Below are positions 35,737-52,185 of a stretch of 64,000 bases of DNA, piece after piece. The stretch is from the human T2T-CHM13v2.0 reference genome, Homo sapiens. The stretch is taken from NCBI RefSeq assembly GCF_009914755.1, contig NC_060932.1; one strand, written 5' to 3'. The position numbers and the translations under genes were made by a program. Positions within the stretch are counted from its first letter, which is position 1, and each line of letters begins with the position of its first letter. Below the pieces are notes generated by a model. It was not told the origin of the DNA, ran no database searches, and saw only the letters and a program-made list of their open reading frames with translations.

Positions 35737-37304
35737 CTGCTCCAGAGAAAGGAAGCAAGACCTGAAAAGTCATCCCAGGTAGAGGGCAGGATGGACCTGT
35801 GGTCTGAGTCTTTGTGCTGGTTGTGTCCTTCCCTGCCACCTGGTCTCTAACTGTGGAGAAAGACACAGGCCTCTGCCTAAGCTGAGGAAAGGTCAAAACT
35901 AGCTTTTCAGGAGGACGGGGAGCATAGATAGGACAGTGTTGGGGCCTGAACACATCATGGTAGAGGACTCATAGTAGTGGGTGTTGATCCCCAGCAGAAG
36001 GGCTAAAGGGGGAATGAGTCTCCAGCACCATGTCTGGTTTGTCTGGCCCACCAGCCCGGCATGGCCCTTGTCCATCGGCGTTGCTGCTTTTGTTCCTGCT
36101 GGGCCCCAGCTTGGTCCTCGCCATCTCCTTCCATCTGTCCATTAATTCTCACAACTGCTTCCATGAGGAGATCCACAAGGACCTACTAGTGACTGGCACA
36201 TACGAGATCTCTGACCAGTCTGGGGGCACTGGTGGCCTGTGCAGCCACCTCAAGATCACAGATTCTGCTGGCCATATTTTCTACTCCAAAAAGAATACAA
36301 CCAAGGGGAAATTTGCCTTTACCACTGAAGATTATGACATGTTTGAAGTGTGTTTTGAGAGCAAGGAAACAGGGCAGATACCTGACCAACTTGTGATCCT
36401 AGACATGAAGCATGGAGTGGAGGTGAAAAATTACAGAGAGATTGCAAAAGTTGAGAAGCTCAAACCATTAGAGGTGAAGCTGCGACACCTAGAAGACCTT
36501 TCAGAATCTATTGTTAATGATTTTGCCTACATGAAGAAGAGAGAAGAGGAGATGGTGATACCAGTGAGTCAACAAACACTTGGGTCCTACACTTCAGCAT
36601 CTTTTCAATGTTCTGCCTCACTGGACTAGCCACCTGGCAGGTCTTCTACCTGTGATGCTTCTTCAAGGCTAAGAAGTTGATTGAGTAATGAATAAGGCAT
36701 ATTCTCCTCCCACCTTTTACCACAGCCAGCAGAACATCGCTGGGATGGGCCTGGCCTAAGGCATCCTACCAGCAGCACCATCAAGGCATGTAGGAGCTTT
36801 CTTGCCAGAAATGATCTCTTTTGGTGTGCGAGGACATGGGGTACCACCTACACCCAACAAGTCAATGAGGGACTTCTTTTTAATTTGGTAGGATTTTGAC
36901 TGGTTTTGCAACAACAGGTCTATTATTAGAGTCACCTATGACAAAAAAAAGGGTTACCTAGATAATGCCAAAGTCAGCATTTGTCCTGGGTTCCCTTGTG
37001 TGATCTGTTTGAACCAAGTTTTCTTTTCTTCTCCCACTTGCTCAGCAGTTTGGGCTTCCATTCTAGTTCTTTTACCAAGATTTTTGTGTGACCAAGTTGA
37101 CTTCATTCGGATTGCCTTCTTTCAATTTCCTTGTGAAAACACTCTTAACTTTCTCTTTACCCTTAGCTGAAATGTTTACGTAGCTTCTGGTGATATCTTT
37201 TCATGATTTTATGTCTCTTAAAATGGTGATGGATGTGACACTTCATAAAAGTGAGCTTTAAACTGTAGATAACTCTTGAAGAAAATGTCATTTTAGACAA
37301 TTAT

Positions 37305-38295
37305 ATGCAGTATTATCATGTGTAGATTCATGTGACCACCATCACAAGAGACAGAACAGTTCTATCACATGGATCCCTTGTGCTGCGCTTTTACAGCCAC
37401 AGCCACATCCCTTTCTTATCCCCTCACCCCAACCTGTGGCTACCACTGTTCTGTCTTCCATCTTTGTAATTTTGTCATTTCAAGAATGTCATATGAATGG
37501 AATCATATAGAATGTAATCTTATGAGGTTGACTTTTTTTCATTCAGCATAATTCCCTTGAAATCCATCCAAGTTGTTGCATGTATCTTCTTCCTTTTTTT
37601 CTTTTAAAAATGTTTTATATATTTAGGGGGTATAAGTGCAGATTTCTTACATGCATATATTGCATCGTGGTGAAGTCTGGGCAGTTCCTTTTGATTGTTG
37701 AGTCGTATCCCATGGTATGGATGTACCACAGTTTGCTTAACCATTCACCTACTAAAGGACAAAAGAGTTGTTTTCAGTTTTTTGCCCTTACTAATAAAGC
37801 TGCTGTGAACATTCATGTACAGGTTTTTATGTGAACACACATTTTCATTTTCTGGGATAAATGCCCAAAAGGGCAATTGTTGGGTTGTGTGGTAAACACG
37901 TATATCTTTGTAAGAAACTACCCTACTCTTTTTTCCAGAGTGGCTGTACCTTTTACATACAGCCACTCATACAATTCATACAGCAATGTATGACTGATCC
38001 AGTTTCTTCACATCCTCACCAGCGTTTGGTATTACTACTATTTTTTATCTTAACCATTCATATAGATGTGTGTAATGATACCACATGTGGTTTTAATTTG
38101 CATTTTCCAATGGCTAATGATGTTGAGTATCTTTTCGTGTGCTAATTTGCCATCTACACATCCTCTTCAGTGAAATGTCTGCTCATGTCTTTTGTCTATT
38201 TTCTATTTAGGTCATTTGTTCTTTTTACTATTGAGTTTTCAGAGTTTTTTTATACATCCTAGATAAAACTCTTCTGTTAGATACGTGGTTGCTTG
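37305..38295 (-). mobile_element. L1M 3'-end fragment inside the retrocopy 3'UTR region
   Basis: aataaagctgctgtgaacattcatgtacagg, gtggttttaatttgcattttcc motifs. Confidence 0.75.
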
Positions 38296-39095
38296 AATTT
38301 TTAACATAACTTCTACCAAGGAAAAATAAGTAAAATTTACAACTCTTCTTGCATGGCCAGTCACTTACTTAATTCCTGTCCTTCAGTGTTCCATCTAGAT
38401 AATTAAGAAATATGATGTATAAAATAGATATCTAGGAGGGCCATTAAGAGGGTAAATACTTAAAAATACAAAGCCAATGAAAGCAAAGCCAATAATCACT
38501 GTAGGAGTATGAGGTGCCTAAGGGCCAAAACTAATGTAAATAAGAGAAAATGTGGATATAAATGACCATGTTTATAAACAGCTATGAAAAATGCTGTCAC
38601 TTGAAATCTTTCCCACATCTCTCAAGAAAGTAGGTAGAGTTTATCCTTTCTGTAATCTCTTTTTAACCCTGCTATCACAGGGCTTATTTAATCACAGTGG
38701 CAAGAATTACATGTATTTTACAGTAAAGAAGCAGAATACTGGAATTGTTAGAGAACCCTGATGTGTTGACCTGGATAAAGTACAAAGGTGGAAGAGGGAA
38801 TGAGTTATGTTGTTAAAATCTCAGGCTATTCTGTTCATGTTCCTGCTACTATGAACCCAAACCTGTTTTTTTCCCCCTTTTGACTCCTTGTATCTTCCTC
38901 TCATGTGGCATAAAAGTAGTTCTGTCGTTAACTTGTACAACATTGCCACCTGCTGTTAAGAATTGGTAGGTACTGCTTCTGAGAACCTGGCTGCAGATCC
39001 TTACCATAGGCAGCAGATGTTGAGAAAGTCTACATGTAGTATTACATATACTAAGTTACAGAGGGTACATCCAAGTCTACTTGGATTCCATTCTT

Positions 39096-39099
<4 letters not shown>

Positions 39100-39126
<27 letters not shown>

Positions 39127-39405
39127 GGGACAGAGTCTTGCTGCGATGCCCAGGCTGAAGTGCAATGGTGCTATCTCAGCTTGCTGCAACCTTCACCTCC
39201 TGGGTTCGGGTAGTTCTTCCGCCTCGGCCTCCAGAGTGGCTGGGAGTGCAGGTGCATGCCACCACACCTGGCTGGTTTTTGTATTTTTGGTAGAGATGGA
39301 GTTTCACCGTGTTGGCCGGGATGGTCTTGAACTCCTGACCTCAAGTGATCCACTGACCTCAGCCTCCCAAAGTGCTGGGATTACATGTGTAAGCCACTAC
39401 GCCCA
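39100..39405 (-). mobile_element. Alu (S-type) inside TMED10P1
   Basis: Full dimer; flanks ccattcttaaactttt / ccatcattaaactttt resemble a TSD. Confidence 0.9.
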
Positions 39406-40319
39406 TCCTCCATCATTAAACTTTTTAATGTGAAATTCTATCATGTACCATTAACCTAACAAGATTTTCTTTCCTATTTCTGACTGGTGCCTTTCCCCTT
39501 TTCAGGAGCAATGAAAGCTACTCTGTTAGTTATGTTCTTCTGATGTGACAAAATGTCAAGAAGATAGGAGAAGAGAATATTTTGTTTTGTTGATGCTTTT
39601 GTTCCCAAGTGTGACCCTAAACTTAAGCTTTGTAGGAGCTGATGTTCTCTCATGTCCCTTCCCTTTACTCATGCCAAAACTATCAACTAGGACATTTTGT
39701 GCTTTTGGTTTAAAAGTTAATTGATATTATACCTTGGTTTTATCCAAGAAGTAAAAGTATTTGCCTTTGACAAAAGACTGATACAAGAGCAAATAATCTT
39801 TAAAAACAGGGGTGTTATGTGCTTTCCTCCACTTTTGAGCATATTATCCAAAATGGTCTGTATAATATAAATGAGAATGATGCAGTTTAAGTAAGTATTT
39901 TTATACCATTGTCATGGACCCCTGTCATAAAGCCATTTTTCAGTTTGGGAAAGAGGCATATGGGATTTATACAGATTCACTTGTAAATGTTGCATTGGGG
40001 ATTTTTGTGTAAATTTTCTCAAATAAAGGCTAGCAGAAACCAAAAAAAAAAAAAAAAAAGGGCTAAAGCGAAGAGCACATTCCAGTGAAAGGAAAGCAGG
40101 GCTCTGAAACCGAACAGATCCATATCCCAGATCTGCCACCAATAGGCTGTGTAAACTTAAGAAAAGTGACAGTATTTGTTAGCCTCAGGTTCGTTTATAA
40201 ACTGTGTATCCTACCACCGATCATCAAGATGCAGAAAGATTAATTCAGGGGATAGGGAGGTACTAGGTGTGCAATGAATAATATTCTCCTTCTATAAATC
40301 AGGGAGGGTTGGAAAGGCA

Positions 40320-40569
40320 TGGGAGGCCAAGGTGGGAGGATTCCTTGAGGCTAGGAGTTTGAGACCAACCTGGGCAACACAGAGGCTCTGTCTCTAAAAA
40401 AGTAAAATAAGACAGGCATGGTGGCCCATGCCTGTAGTCTCAGGTACTTGGGAGGCTGAGGTAGGAGGATCTCTTCAACCAAAGACGTCAAGGTTACAGT
40501 GAGCTATGGTCTCACCACTGCACTCCAGGATGGGCAACAGAGTGAGACATTGCCTATTAAAAAAAAAAA
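40320..40569 (+). mobile_element. Alu (J-like, 5' truncated)
   Basis: Dimer remnant; aaatcaRggaggg on both sides. Confidence 0.85.
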
Positions 40570-40703
40570 TCAAGGAGGGTCCCAGTACCACCTGTCCCCC
40601 TCTCTGTGCAAACCAGACCTGCATGGTACCATGGTCAAAATGTCTGGTCTTTGGGCCCAGGGGGTGAGGAGCCTCTGAGCCCCAAGCTTGATCCTCAAGG
40701 TTA

Positions 40704-40907
<204 letters not shown>

Positions 40908-41230
40908 TCAGGACCTGGAGGGAGAAGATATTAGGCTCAGGACTGGTAAAATCCCTCTGGGAACATGTACCTGTCTTCCCCACTAATGTGAACTCTTTGA
41001 GGCAGACACTATATTGGCTCATCTTGGTGTGCCCCAACTCTGACCTCTACTGTACCTGGTCCAGGGACAGTAAAACAGTGAGAAGTACATTTCAGGGACT
41101 TGAACTCAGGAACTGAGGACATCGGTGGAGACAGGGAGCTGTCCACCCTCTGGGACCAGCTCCTTATAGACAGACTCCTGCTGAGAAAAGGCTGAGGTCA
41201 CATGGAAGAGACTCCATGAGGACCACTCAC

Positions 41231-41304
41231 TTGGAGCCCACCAAGAAGGAGCTGCATGACAGCCATCACTAGGTCTCTGAGCTTGTCCTGAGGTGTGGGC
41301 AGAG
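41231..41304 (-). pseudogene. ZNF252P: Probable ZNF252P initiator exon (MAVMQLLLGGLQ)
   Basis: Acceptor ccctcctctccctacag|, ATG at 41266, 12 codons then |gtgagt (phase 0), matching the phase of KRAB-A. Confidence 0.7.
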
Positions 41305-41699
41305 CTGTAGGGAGAGGAGGGTGATGGAGCCTGACCAACCTTCTGCTCCCCATAGGTGCTCTGAGACTTCTAAGCCTAGACATTTTGTGGTAGCAGAGAC
41401 CCAATTATGAGCTGCCTGAACACCCCAGGAAAGGTGGATGAACTAAGTAGCCAGTGGTCTCTGAGACCATATCCCCTCCCTAATTTTCTGCCATACCTCT
41501 CCATGTCTCAAGAGAGGCCTTCCTGAGGCCCCTGGGATGACAGCATCCTGAGGCCACCATGTGAAAGCCAGGACTGTGGCAGTGCACTTGGCCAGGAGAG
41601 ACAATGGACTGCGTTTCCCAGGCCCACCTATGAGGTCCTGCGCAGACGGCAAACAGCTGAGAACAGCGGACCAGGCTCTGGTGCTAAGGCAGCGAATGA

Positions 41700-42620
41700 G
41701 CAAATGGAGAAGTTAACACATATGCATGACACACAGACACAACGCCCAGGTGGTGTCAGGTAATGACAAAGGATACAAAAAATTAATGACGCAGCACGAG
41801 GGCAGCGACTGGTGGTAAGAGATATTTTACACAGGATGGCCAGGGAAGACACCTCCGATAAAGTGACAACAAATCAGAGATCTGGATGGAGTGAGGGTAG
41901 GCACCATGTGGTTATCAGTGAGGTACATCCCAGGCAGGAGGAGGGCACAAGTGCAAAGGCTCTGAGATGCAAGCACACCTGTGTTCAAGAACGGGCAAAG
42001 AAGCCAGAGGGGCTCAAACAGACTAGGGGAGGGTAAAAGAGGTGGGTACCCTCTGGGGTGGGTACCTTGTAAGCCTTAGGGCAATGGGTTTTATTCTGAA
42101 TGGATGGGAAGTGCCTGGAATGTCTGGGAAGAGTCATATGACCTCAGATGTGGTCTCTACAGCTGCTGCTTTGAGGGTGCTTTGAATAGACTATGGGGTG
42201 GGGGTAAGGAACAAAAACAGGAAACCAGTCAGAAGGTTCTAGCAACAATCCAGCTAGAGATGAATGTCCTGGACCAGACTGGTGGTGGCAGAAGTGACAA
42301 AAAGCAGCCAGATTATGGATACATTTCAAAGGTACCATCAATAGGATTTGCAGATGAATTTCATGTAGGACGAGACACCAAGATTTTTGGCCTGAGCAAC
42401 TGAAATTATGAAATTTCCATATACTCAAAAGAGTAAGACTGCAAAAAGATTAAATGTAAAAGTTGTCTCGTATACAGTAATGTTTAAGATACCTATTAGA
42501 TTTATAAATGGAAAATTAGGGCATTTGGATATACAAGTTGAAAATTCAGGAGTGAGGTTGGGCTGGCTGGGTATATACTGAAAACTGTCAGTACACAGAT
42601 GACATCTAAAACCACAAATC
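41700..42620 (+). mobile_element. LINE-2 fragment
   Basis: caagtgcaaaggctctgag, aggatttgcagatgaatt, tttggcctgagcaactg motifs. Confidence 0.7.
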
Positions 42621-43939
42621 TGGTTTTATTTTAGCAGTGATATGTGTCACTCCCACAAAAGCCTTCCCAATTGGCCTCAGCATACACAACAAGTCACCTC
42701 CCCACAGCCCTCTACACATAAACAAATTCCTTAGTTTAGTTCAGGAGGAAATGCGCCCTTTTCCTTCCGCTCTAGGTGACCGCAAGGCCCAGTTCTCGTC
42801 ACCAAGATGTTAAGGGAAGTTTGCCAAGAGGCATCTGAAAGGAAATAAGGGGAATGGAGTGACCACAAAGGAAAGCCAAGAGAACGTTGGAGACACGTTC
42901 TAGAGCCCTGGCATTTCACAACAAACTCTGGAACAAACCCTGTCTCATCATCATTTAAGCCTTCGTTGGACAGACTTTCTGACTGGCAGCTGAACATAAG
43001 CTCATTGATGTCTTCACAGTCTCCAGCTGAGGCACACCTTGGCCAGAGGGAATCTTCCAGTCCTCAGACAGGGCTTGCCTTTGACTGGCCCCTGCTGCTT
43101 ATGCCCTTTGTGAATCACAAGCGGTACCTCTTAGTGTACTCTGCCTTCACTCCTAAACGCATGTGGCAGGCATGTAATGCTGCTATTAGGCGCATGGGCT
43201 CTGGACTCGAATAGGACTGAGTTCTAACCTTGGATCCACCACTTACTCATGCAGAGGTCTCAGGTAAGTGACTTGAGTTTTTCCACAGACCATAAAATGA
43301 GATTGACACTACTCCTTAAGTGACTATATTGCGTTAAATGAGAATATGTATAAAATGCTCAGCACAGTATTAGCAAACCGCAAACAATACTAAGTCTCAA
43401 TTGTCCTAATCAGTAAGTCAGCATTTACCGAGTGCCTACTAAATGAATGAGTGTTGAGCTTGTTCCAGCGCATCTGTGAGATATCACCTCCTGCCTATTC
43501 CTTTCCTTCCCCAAAACAGAAGCTCCTTCACACCACAGCTCTCACAGCTTTACCCTTTCAATCAATACATTCCTGCTAAATGAAATGCACTTTTCTCTCT
43601 TCTGAAAAAAAAAAAGCACAATTCAGCTCATCCCCTGACATTGCCCAAACTCCCTTCCTCTGCGAGATCTTTTTACCCATCTGGCTTCCCTGCCTCAGTG
43701 TTGCTCGGGAGCGTGGATGACAGCCCGTAGACCTGCACGCCCCGCTGCCTCCGCTCGTGCCTCACGCCACCCTCGCCCTGCCCGCGCCTCGGCCAACACA
43801 AAGCGGGCGCTCAGCACCCCGCAGCCGCCCTCGACGCGTCCTCTACGGGTCACTGAGGCCGCGGGGCCCGACCTGCGGCCTCTCAGAACCACGGCACCGC
43901 CCCTGCCCGCCCCAGCGCCACTCCGGCACCTCCGCACCA

Positions 43940-47200
<3,261 letters not shown>

Positions 47201-47914
47201 TGTTTTTGAGATTTCATTAGGATGTGGGCTTTCTGGTGATTGTTAAAATGTGAGTTATCTGAAGCTGTGTCCAGATGAATTACGTTGATAGGTTTTCTCT
47301 TTTGTGGGAACATTCAGATATGCTACAGGGTTTGAGGTCAAGTCTAGGATGCTGTCAACATTGTTATACTCCTGGCTTTTCTCCCATGGAATGTTTTTAT
47401 GGATCACTGTGATTTATCTTCACATGTACTTGACTAGTACTTTCTTAAACATTTTCTTAGTTTTCCTCTACAAAGATTTCCCTGATATTTCTCTAGTAGA
47501 CTCACAACTCTGTAGGCTTTAAAAAAGTTGGGTGCTTAGTCAATATCTCCTTTTTAACACATACCACCCACTGTGGTTTCATGCTTTGGGGGTTCCTTTT
47601 GGAGAGGCAACTCTTTGTTATCTGCCTCACAACCTGAAGCAATACAGCAAGCAGGAAACATGGCATAATAAAAAGACCACAGCCTTTTAATTCTAAAGAC
47701 CAAGATTCTACATTTCCTCTTCTCCTTTCCAGACAACTTAGTCCCAAAGGTATAAAGTAAAGCTGAGCAAGGTAGCATCCATACCAGGGCTGGGGGAACC
47801 AAAGCAGGAAAGAGCAGCAAGGTGGAGGCCATCCATATAGCAAGACTGGCACAGTGTGTCCAGCCTAAGCAGGCTGAAGATGTCTTCATGGAAGGGCAGA
47901 GGCAGAAGGGCAAG

Positions 47915-48014
47915 AGGCAGGGGTTACAGTGAGCCAAGATTGCACCATTGCACTCCAGCCTGGGCAACAGAGCAAAACTCTGTCTCAAAAAAAAAAAAAA
48001 AAAAAAAAAAAAAA
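47915..48014 (+). mobile_element. Alu 3' fragment with long A-tail
   Basis: End of the right arm plus ~28 A. Confidence 0.85.
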
Positions 48015-48029
48015 GATGAAACCCCTATT

Positions 48030-48295
48030 TGTAAGACTAAAACTATAAAACTCTTAGAAAAAAAAAAGGCATAAATTTTTGTGACCTAGAGTTCGGCAAT
48101 AGTTTCTTATAAGTGACACCACAAACACAAGCAACCAAATAAAAGATAGGTTGGACTTCAAAATGAAAAACTTTTGTGCTTCAAGAAATGCCATCAAGAA
48201 AGTGAAAATACAACCTATAGAATGGGAGAAAATACTTGCAAATCATATATCTGATAAGGGCACAATATCCAGAATATATAAATAACTTTTACGAC
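48030..48295 (+). mobile_element. L1M ORF2 3' fragment
   Basis: aaaactataaaactcttagaa...gaatgggagaaaatacttgcaaatcatatatctgataaggg. Confidence 0.8.
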
Positions 48296-49173
48296 TTGTC
48301 TAAACAGACTACCATAGGCTAAATGGCTTTGACAACAATTTATTTCTCACAGTTCTGGAGGCTGAAGCCCAAGATCAGGGTGCCAGCTGGCCGTTCTTGG
48401 TGAAGGTGGCTCCCTGGTTTGCAGACTGTGGTTTTCACACAGCACCTTTGCCTAGCGGAAATGGGAAGCCTCGGGCCCTTCATCCTAATCCTGTCTTGGG
48501 CCTCCACCCTCATTACCGCATCTGAACCATCTCAGTGGGGACTGGGTTTCAACACAGGCATTTTGTGGTGGATACAAACATTCTGCTATAGCGCAACTCG
48601 ACAATAAAAAACATCCCAACTGTAAAGGAGCTGGAAAGGCAGAAAGCTAAGGTCAGTGGGGAATGCTCTGAGCGTCTGAAGACAGCGCAGCTATCCGTAA
48701 GGATCACATGCGGCTTCCCTCGCCTCCAGCTGCGCAAGGGCAGGTGCGGGCAAGGAAGTCCCACTGGGGCTTTTGGGGACCCAGCACAGCTCGGGCGAGT
48801 GGGTGAGGGTAGAGAGGATGCCTCAGTGCGTCCGGACACCACCGAGACCATAGTTCTCCAAGGGCACCTAGAGTGGATCCAGCTGAGTTCAAGTCCAGAC
48901 GCTGCCTCAGGACTTCTCAGGACCACACTTCCCGCCCAGGTTGTTTCCTCCCTCTGGGAGCAGGAAAGGAGATGAGTCTTGGGGTGTGCGTGGGACTACT
49001 GGCCTGGAGCTGCTGTCAGCTCTGAACCCTCCCCCTCTCTCCAGGAACGCAGTTAGGCTTTTCGCGCTAGTCCCCCGGTAGGGCTGGCCGTCTGGGGCGC
49101 TCGGGCTTCCTTCCCTGACGGGCTGCAGGGTCTTTTGTGGCGTTTCTGTCTCCTTCGCCGCAGTGTGATCTAT

Positions 49174-49874
49174 TGTTAACAGGGGTAAATCCACATGGGT
49201 CTGCTGCAGCCTCAATTCTTGCCTCCTCAGAAGAAAGAATTTGACGGAGAGGCATGAAGCATAAGGCAGAGGGAAAGATGGAGGCAAGTTTTAGAGCAGG
49301 AGTGAACATTTACTAAAAAGCTTTAGAGCAGGAACAAAAGGAAGCGAAGTACACTTGGAAGAAGGCCAAGTGGGCCACTCAAGAGATTAAGTGCACGGTT
49401 TGACCCTTGACTTGGGGTTTTATACACTGGCAAGGTTGTGGCGGTCGGGGGTTGGGGAGCATCCCTTCTCCTCTGATTCCTCCCTTGGGGTGGGCTGTCC
49501 ACATGTGCAGGGTGGAAGTGGGGACACATGCCCAGTGTGTTTACTGGAGTTGTGTGTATGCTCACTTAAGGTGTTTCTTTCCTTACCAGTTGAGTCTTTT
49601 AATAAGGTATCAACCGGTTAAACTCTGCCACTTCACCGCCCTGTGTGCATGCTCAAGCCCACTTGCCCAACTCCTAAGATCTCATTGGGAAGCTGCTGAT
49701 CACCAGCTTCAGGTTTTTTCTATCTGTTGGGAGACTGCCTTTCCCTTGTGCTGGCAGCAACCAATTCTTATTTGAGAGAGACAACTAACAACTACCTGAC
49801 TGTCCCCTGATGGTCACCTGGTGTCCCTGGTGGGTGGGGGGGCTCTCCTGACTGCCTGACTACCTACTGTAACA
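49174..49874 (-). mobile_element. MER50-like solo LTR (ERV1)
   Basis: TG...CA ends, 4-bp TSD ctat (49170-49173/49875-49878); minus strand starts TGTTACAGTAGGTAG. Confidence 0.8.
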
Positions 49875-50149
49875 CTATCACCCCCACTGAAGCTCCCGAG
49901 CTCTTGTGGAAGACGTTATCCACTGAGCCTGTTCCCAAGAAGCAAGATTTTGACTTTACTAAACCCTCCACAATCTGTCAGATACAGCGCTGCATGGATA
50001 AATAGCTGTGGATGACTGACCCAGGAAGGTGCTGGGGTAAGCGGGCTCCTGAGAGACAAACATGCTCGAGAGAGAACTTTCTATTCAGTCAGCCTTTGAG
50101 CAAACGCTTCTGTTACATACAGCAGGCATGGTGTATTAGTCTTGTCTTA

Positions 50150-50436
50150 GGCCGGGTGCAGTGGCTCATGCCTGTAATCCCAGCACTTTGGGAGGCTGAG
50201 GTGGGCAGATCACAAGGTCAGGAGATCGAGAACATCCTGGCTAACACGGTGAAACCCCATCTCTACTAAAAATACAAAAAGTTAGCCAGGCAAGGTGGTG
50301 GGTGCCTGTAGTCCCAGCTACGAGGCAGGAGAATGGTGGGAACCTGGGAGGCAGAGCTTGCAGTGAGCCGAGATCATGCCACTGCACTCCAGCCTGGGTG
50401 ACAGAGCGAGACTCCATCTCAAAAAAAAAAAAAAAA
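50150..50436 (+). mobile_element. AluY-like inside a MaLR (MLT1-like) remnant
   Basis: Full dimer; flanks tgtattagtc ... aagttgacaggtaaagttaaccatc. Confidence 0.88.
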
Positions 50437-51630
50437 ACAGAAAAAAGAAAGTCTTTTCTTTCATTGCTATATTCTCTCATTGCTGAGATTGGGCAATTTA
50501 TATTTTTTTAAAAAAGGTTTAAGAACCAGGGGAGCTGACAGCATAAACCTCTGTCCCAGGGCTGGAGAAAATGAAATTAGATGTCTCAGCTCAAGGTGAG
50601 ACAGGAATAAAGGGGCAAATTCCTCCTTGCTCCACTTTTTCTATTTCACATCCCCAACAGATTGGATGATGTGCACCCATATTGGGAAGGGGAATCTACC
50701 TTGCTGATTCAAATGCTAATCTCATCCAGAAGTGCCCTTGCCCAGAAATAATGTTTAATCTGGGCACCCCATGCCTAGTCAAGTTGACAGGTAAAGTTAA
50801 CCATCCCGGTAATTATTATCGTTTTTTCCTACTTCACAGATGAGGGACCTAAATCATATAGAAGCTGAGTAATTTGGCCAAGGTCACACTTCTAATAATT
50901 GACCAAACTAGAACCCAGGTAGATTGGTGCCCATGCACTATCATGTACTGACCAGCTGAAAAGTCTAAGACTTTGACCCAAGCTTAGAGATCTTGGGCAA
51001 GTCCCTTAAGCTCTCTGAGAATCCATTTCCTTCATTTATAAAATGGAGATAATAACAAAATGTATGTCATCTACCTCATTAGTTAGTTGTAAGATCAAGT
51101 GAACTGTTAATAACTGGACATGAACTAATTGTTGTTAGTGTTCTCAGAGCCATATTTGCCAGCAAATGTGCTTTTGATAGCTTAGGACTATCTTTAACTG
51201 TTTATGAAAGAAGCATATGCTAAAACCTTGCAAAATCCAGTCTAAGTAAATATGACTGTTATGGGAAGGCCATCTCTGGAGTTGGGCCCTTTATAAAGAA
51301 GATTCCAAGGCTCCGATACCTGCCTTCTCTTCAGGACATGCACATTCCTGTCCTGCATTTTCACTGATTTTTGTGAGATGCTTATAGTCAGGAAAATTTA
51401 TAGCAGTACCCTTTCCCAAGCATTCACTTTAACTATGGAAATATATGGTTATTTTTTTCCTTAATTGATATCATATTCTTTTTTTTTCATCTTCCTTCTT
51501 GGTATATATTTTCTTATAATTTTTCCTAACTTAAAAATTAGATGATAATTTTTTTGGCTTTAATTTCTTGTATGATGGTGTCTTTAATGACTTTGTGCCT
51601 TTCATTTATTTACTGACATCCATTCTCCTA

Positions 51631-51932
51631 TATTTTATTTTATTTTTTGAGACAGGGTCTCTATCTTCTAGGCTGGAGTGCAGGGTGGTGCAGTCATGGC
51701 TTACTGCAACCTTGAACTTCTGGGCTCAAGTGATCCTCTTGTCTCTGCCTCCTGATTAGCTGGGACTACAGGTACACACCGCTACACCCAGCTAGTTTTT
51801 AAAAAATTACCTTTCGTAGAGACAGTATCTCACTGTGTTGCTGAGGCTGTTCTCAAACTCCTGGCCTCAAGGAACCCTCCCCACTCAGCCTCCCAAAGTG
51901 CTGGGATTACAGGCATGAGCCACTGCACCTAG
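51631..51932 (-). mobile_element. Alu (J-like)
   Basis: Diverged dimer. Confidence 0.88.
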
Positions 51933-52055
51933 CTTATTGTTCTATATTTAAAAAAATCTCTTATACGTTCATTATTCTTAAGATTTCAAATATTCTTTGA
52001 GGAAGCAATACTTTAATCAGTAATCTTCACCTTTAGCTCATTTTTTAAAGCAATT

Positions 52056-52185
52056 TTGTTTGTTTTTTTAGAGGCAGAGTCTCCCTGTGTTGCCCAGGCT
52101 GCAGCCTCAAACTCCTGGCTCAAGTGATCCTCTTGCATCAGCCTCCCGAGTAGCTGGGGTTACAAGCACACACCATTGTATCCAG
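52056..52185 (-). mobile_element. Alu monomer
   Basis: Single diverged arm. Confidence 0.75.

Larger units (their letters stand above)
36009..40059 (+). pseudogene. TMED10P1: Processed pseudogene of TMED10 (TMP21/p24delta1) with full 3'UTR
   Basis: Intronless [10 protein letters not shown]...ISFHL...KKREEEM from 36030; frameshift at ~36554; ancestral KAKKLIE* ends at 36688; AATAAA 40022-40027; A18 tail; TSD aagggctaaag (35998-36008/40058-40068). Confidence 0.95.

Noticed and set aside
42620-43150. Possible retro-copied mRNA fragment on the minus strand
   Set aside because: Only a near poly(A) signal; no tail, TSD or recognisable protein.
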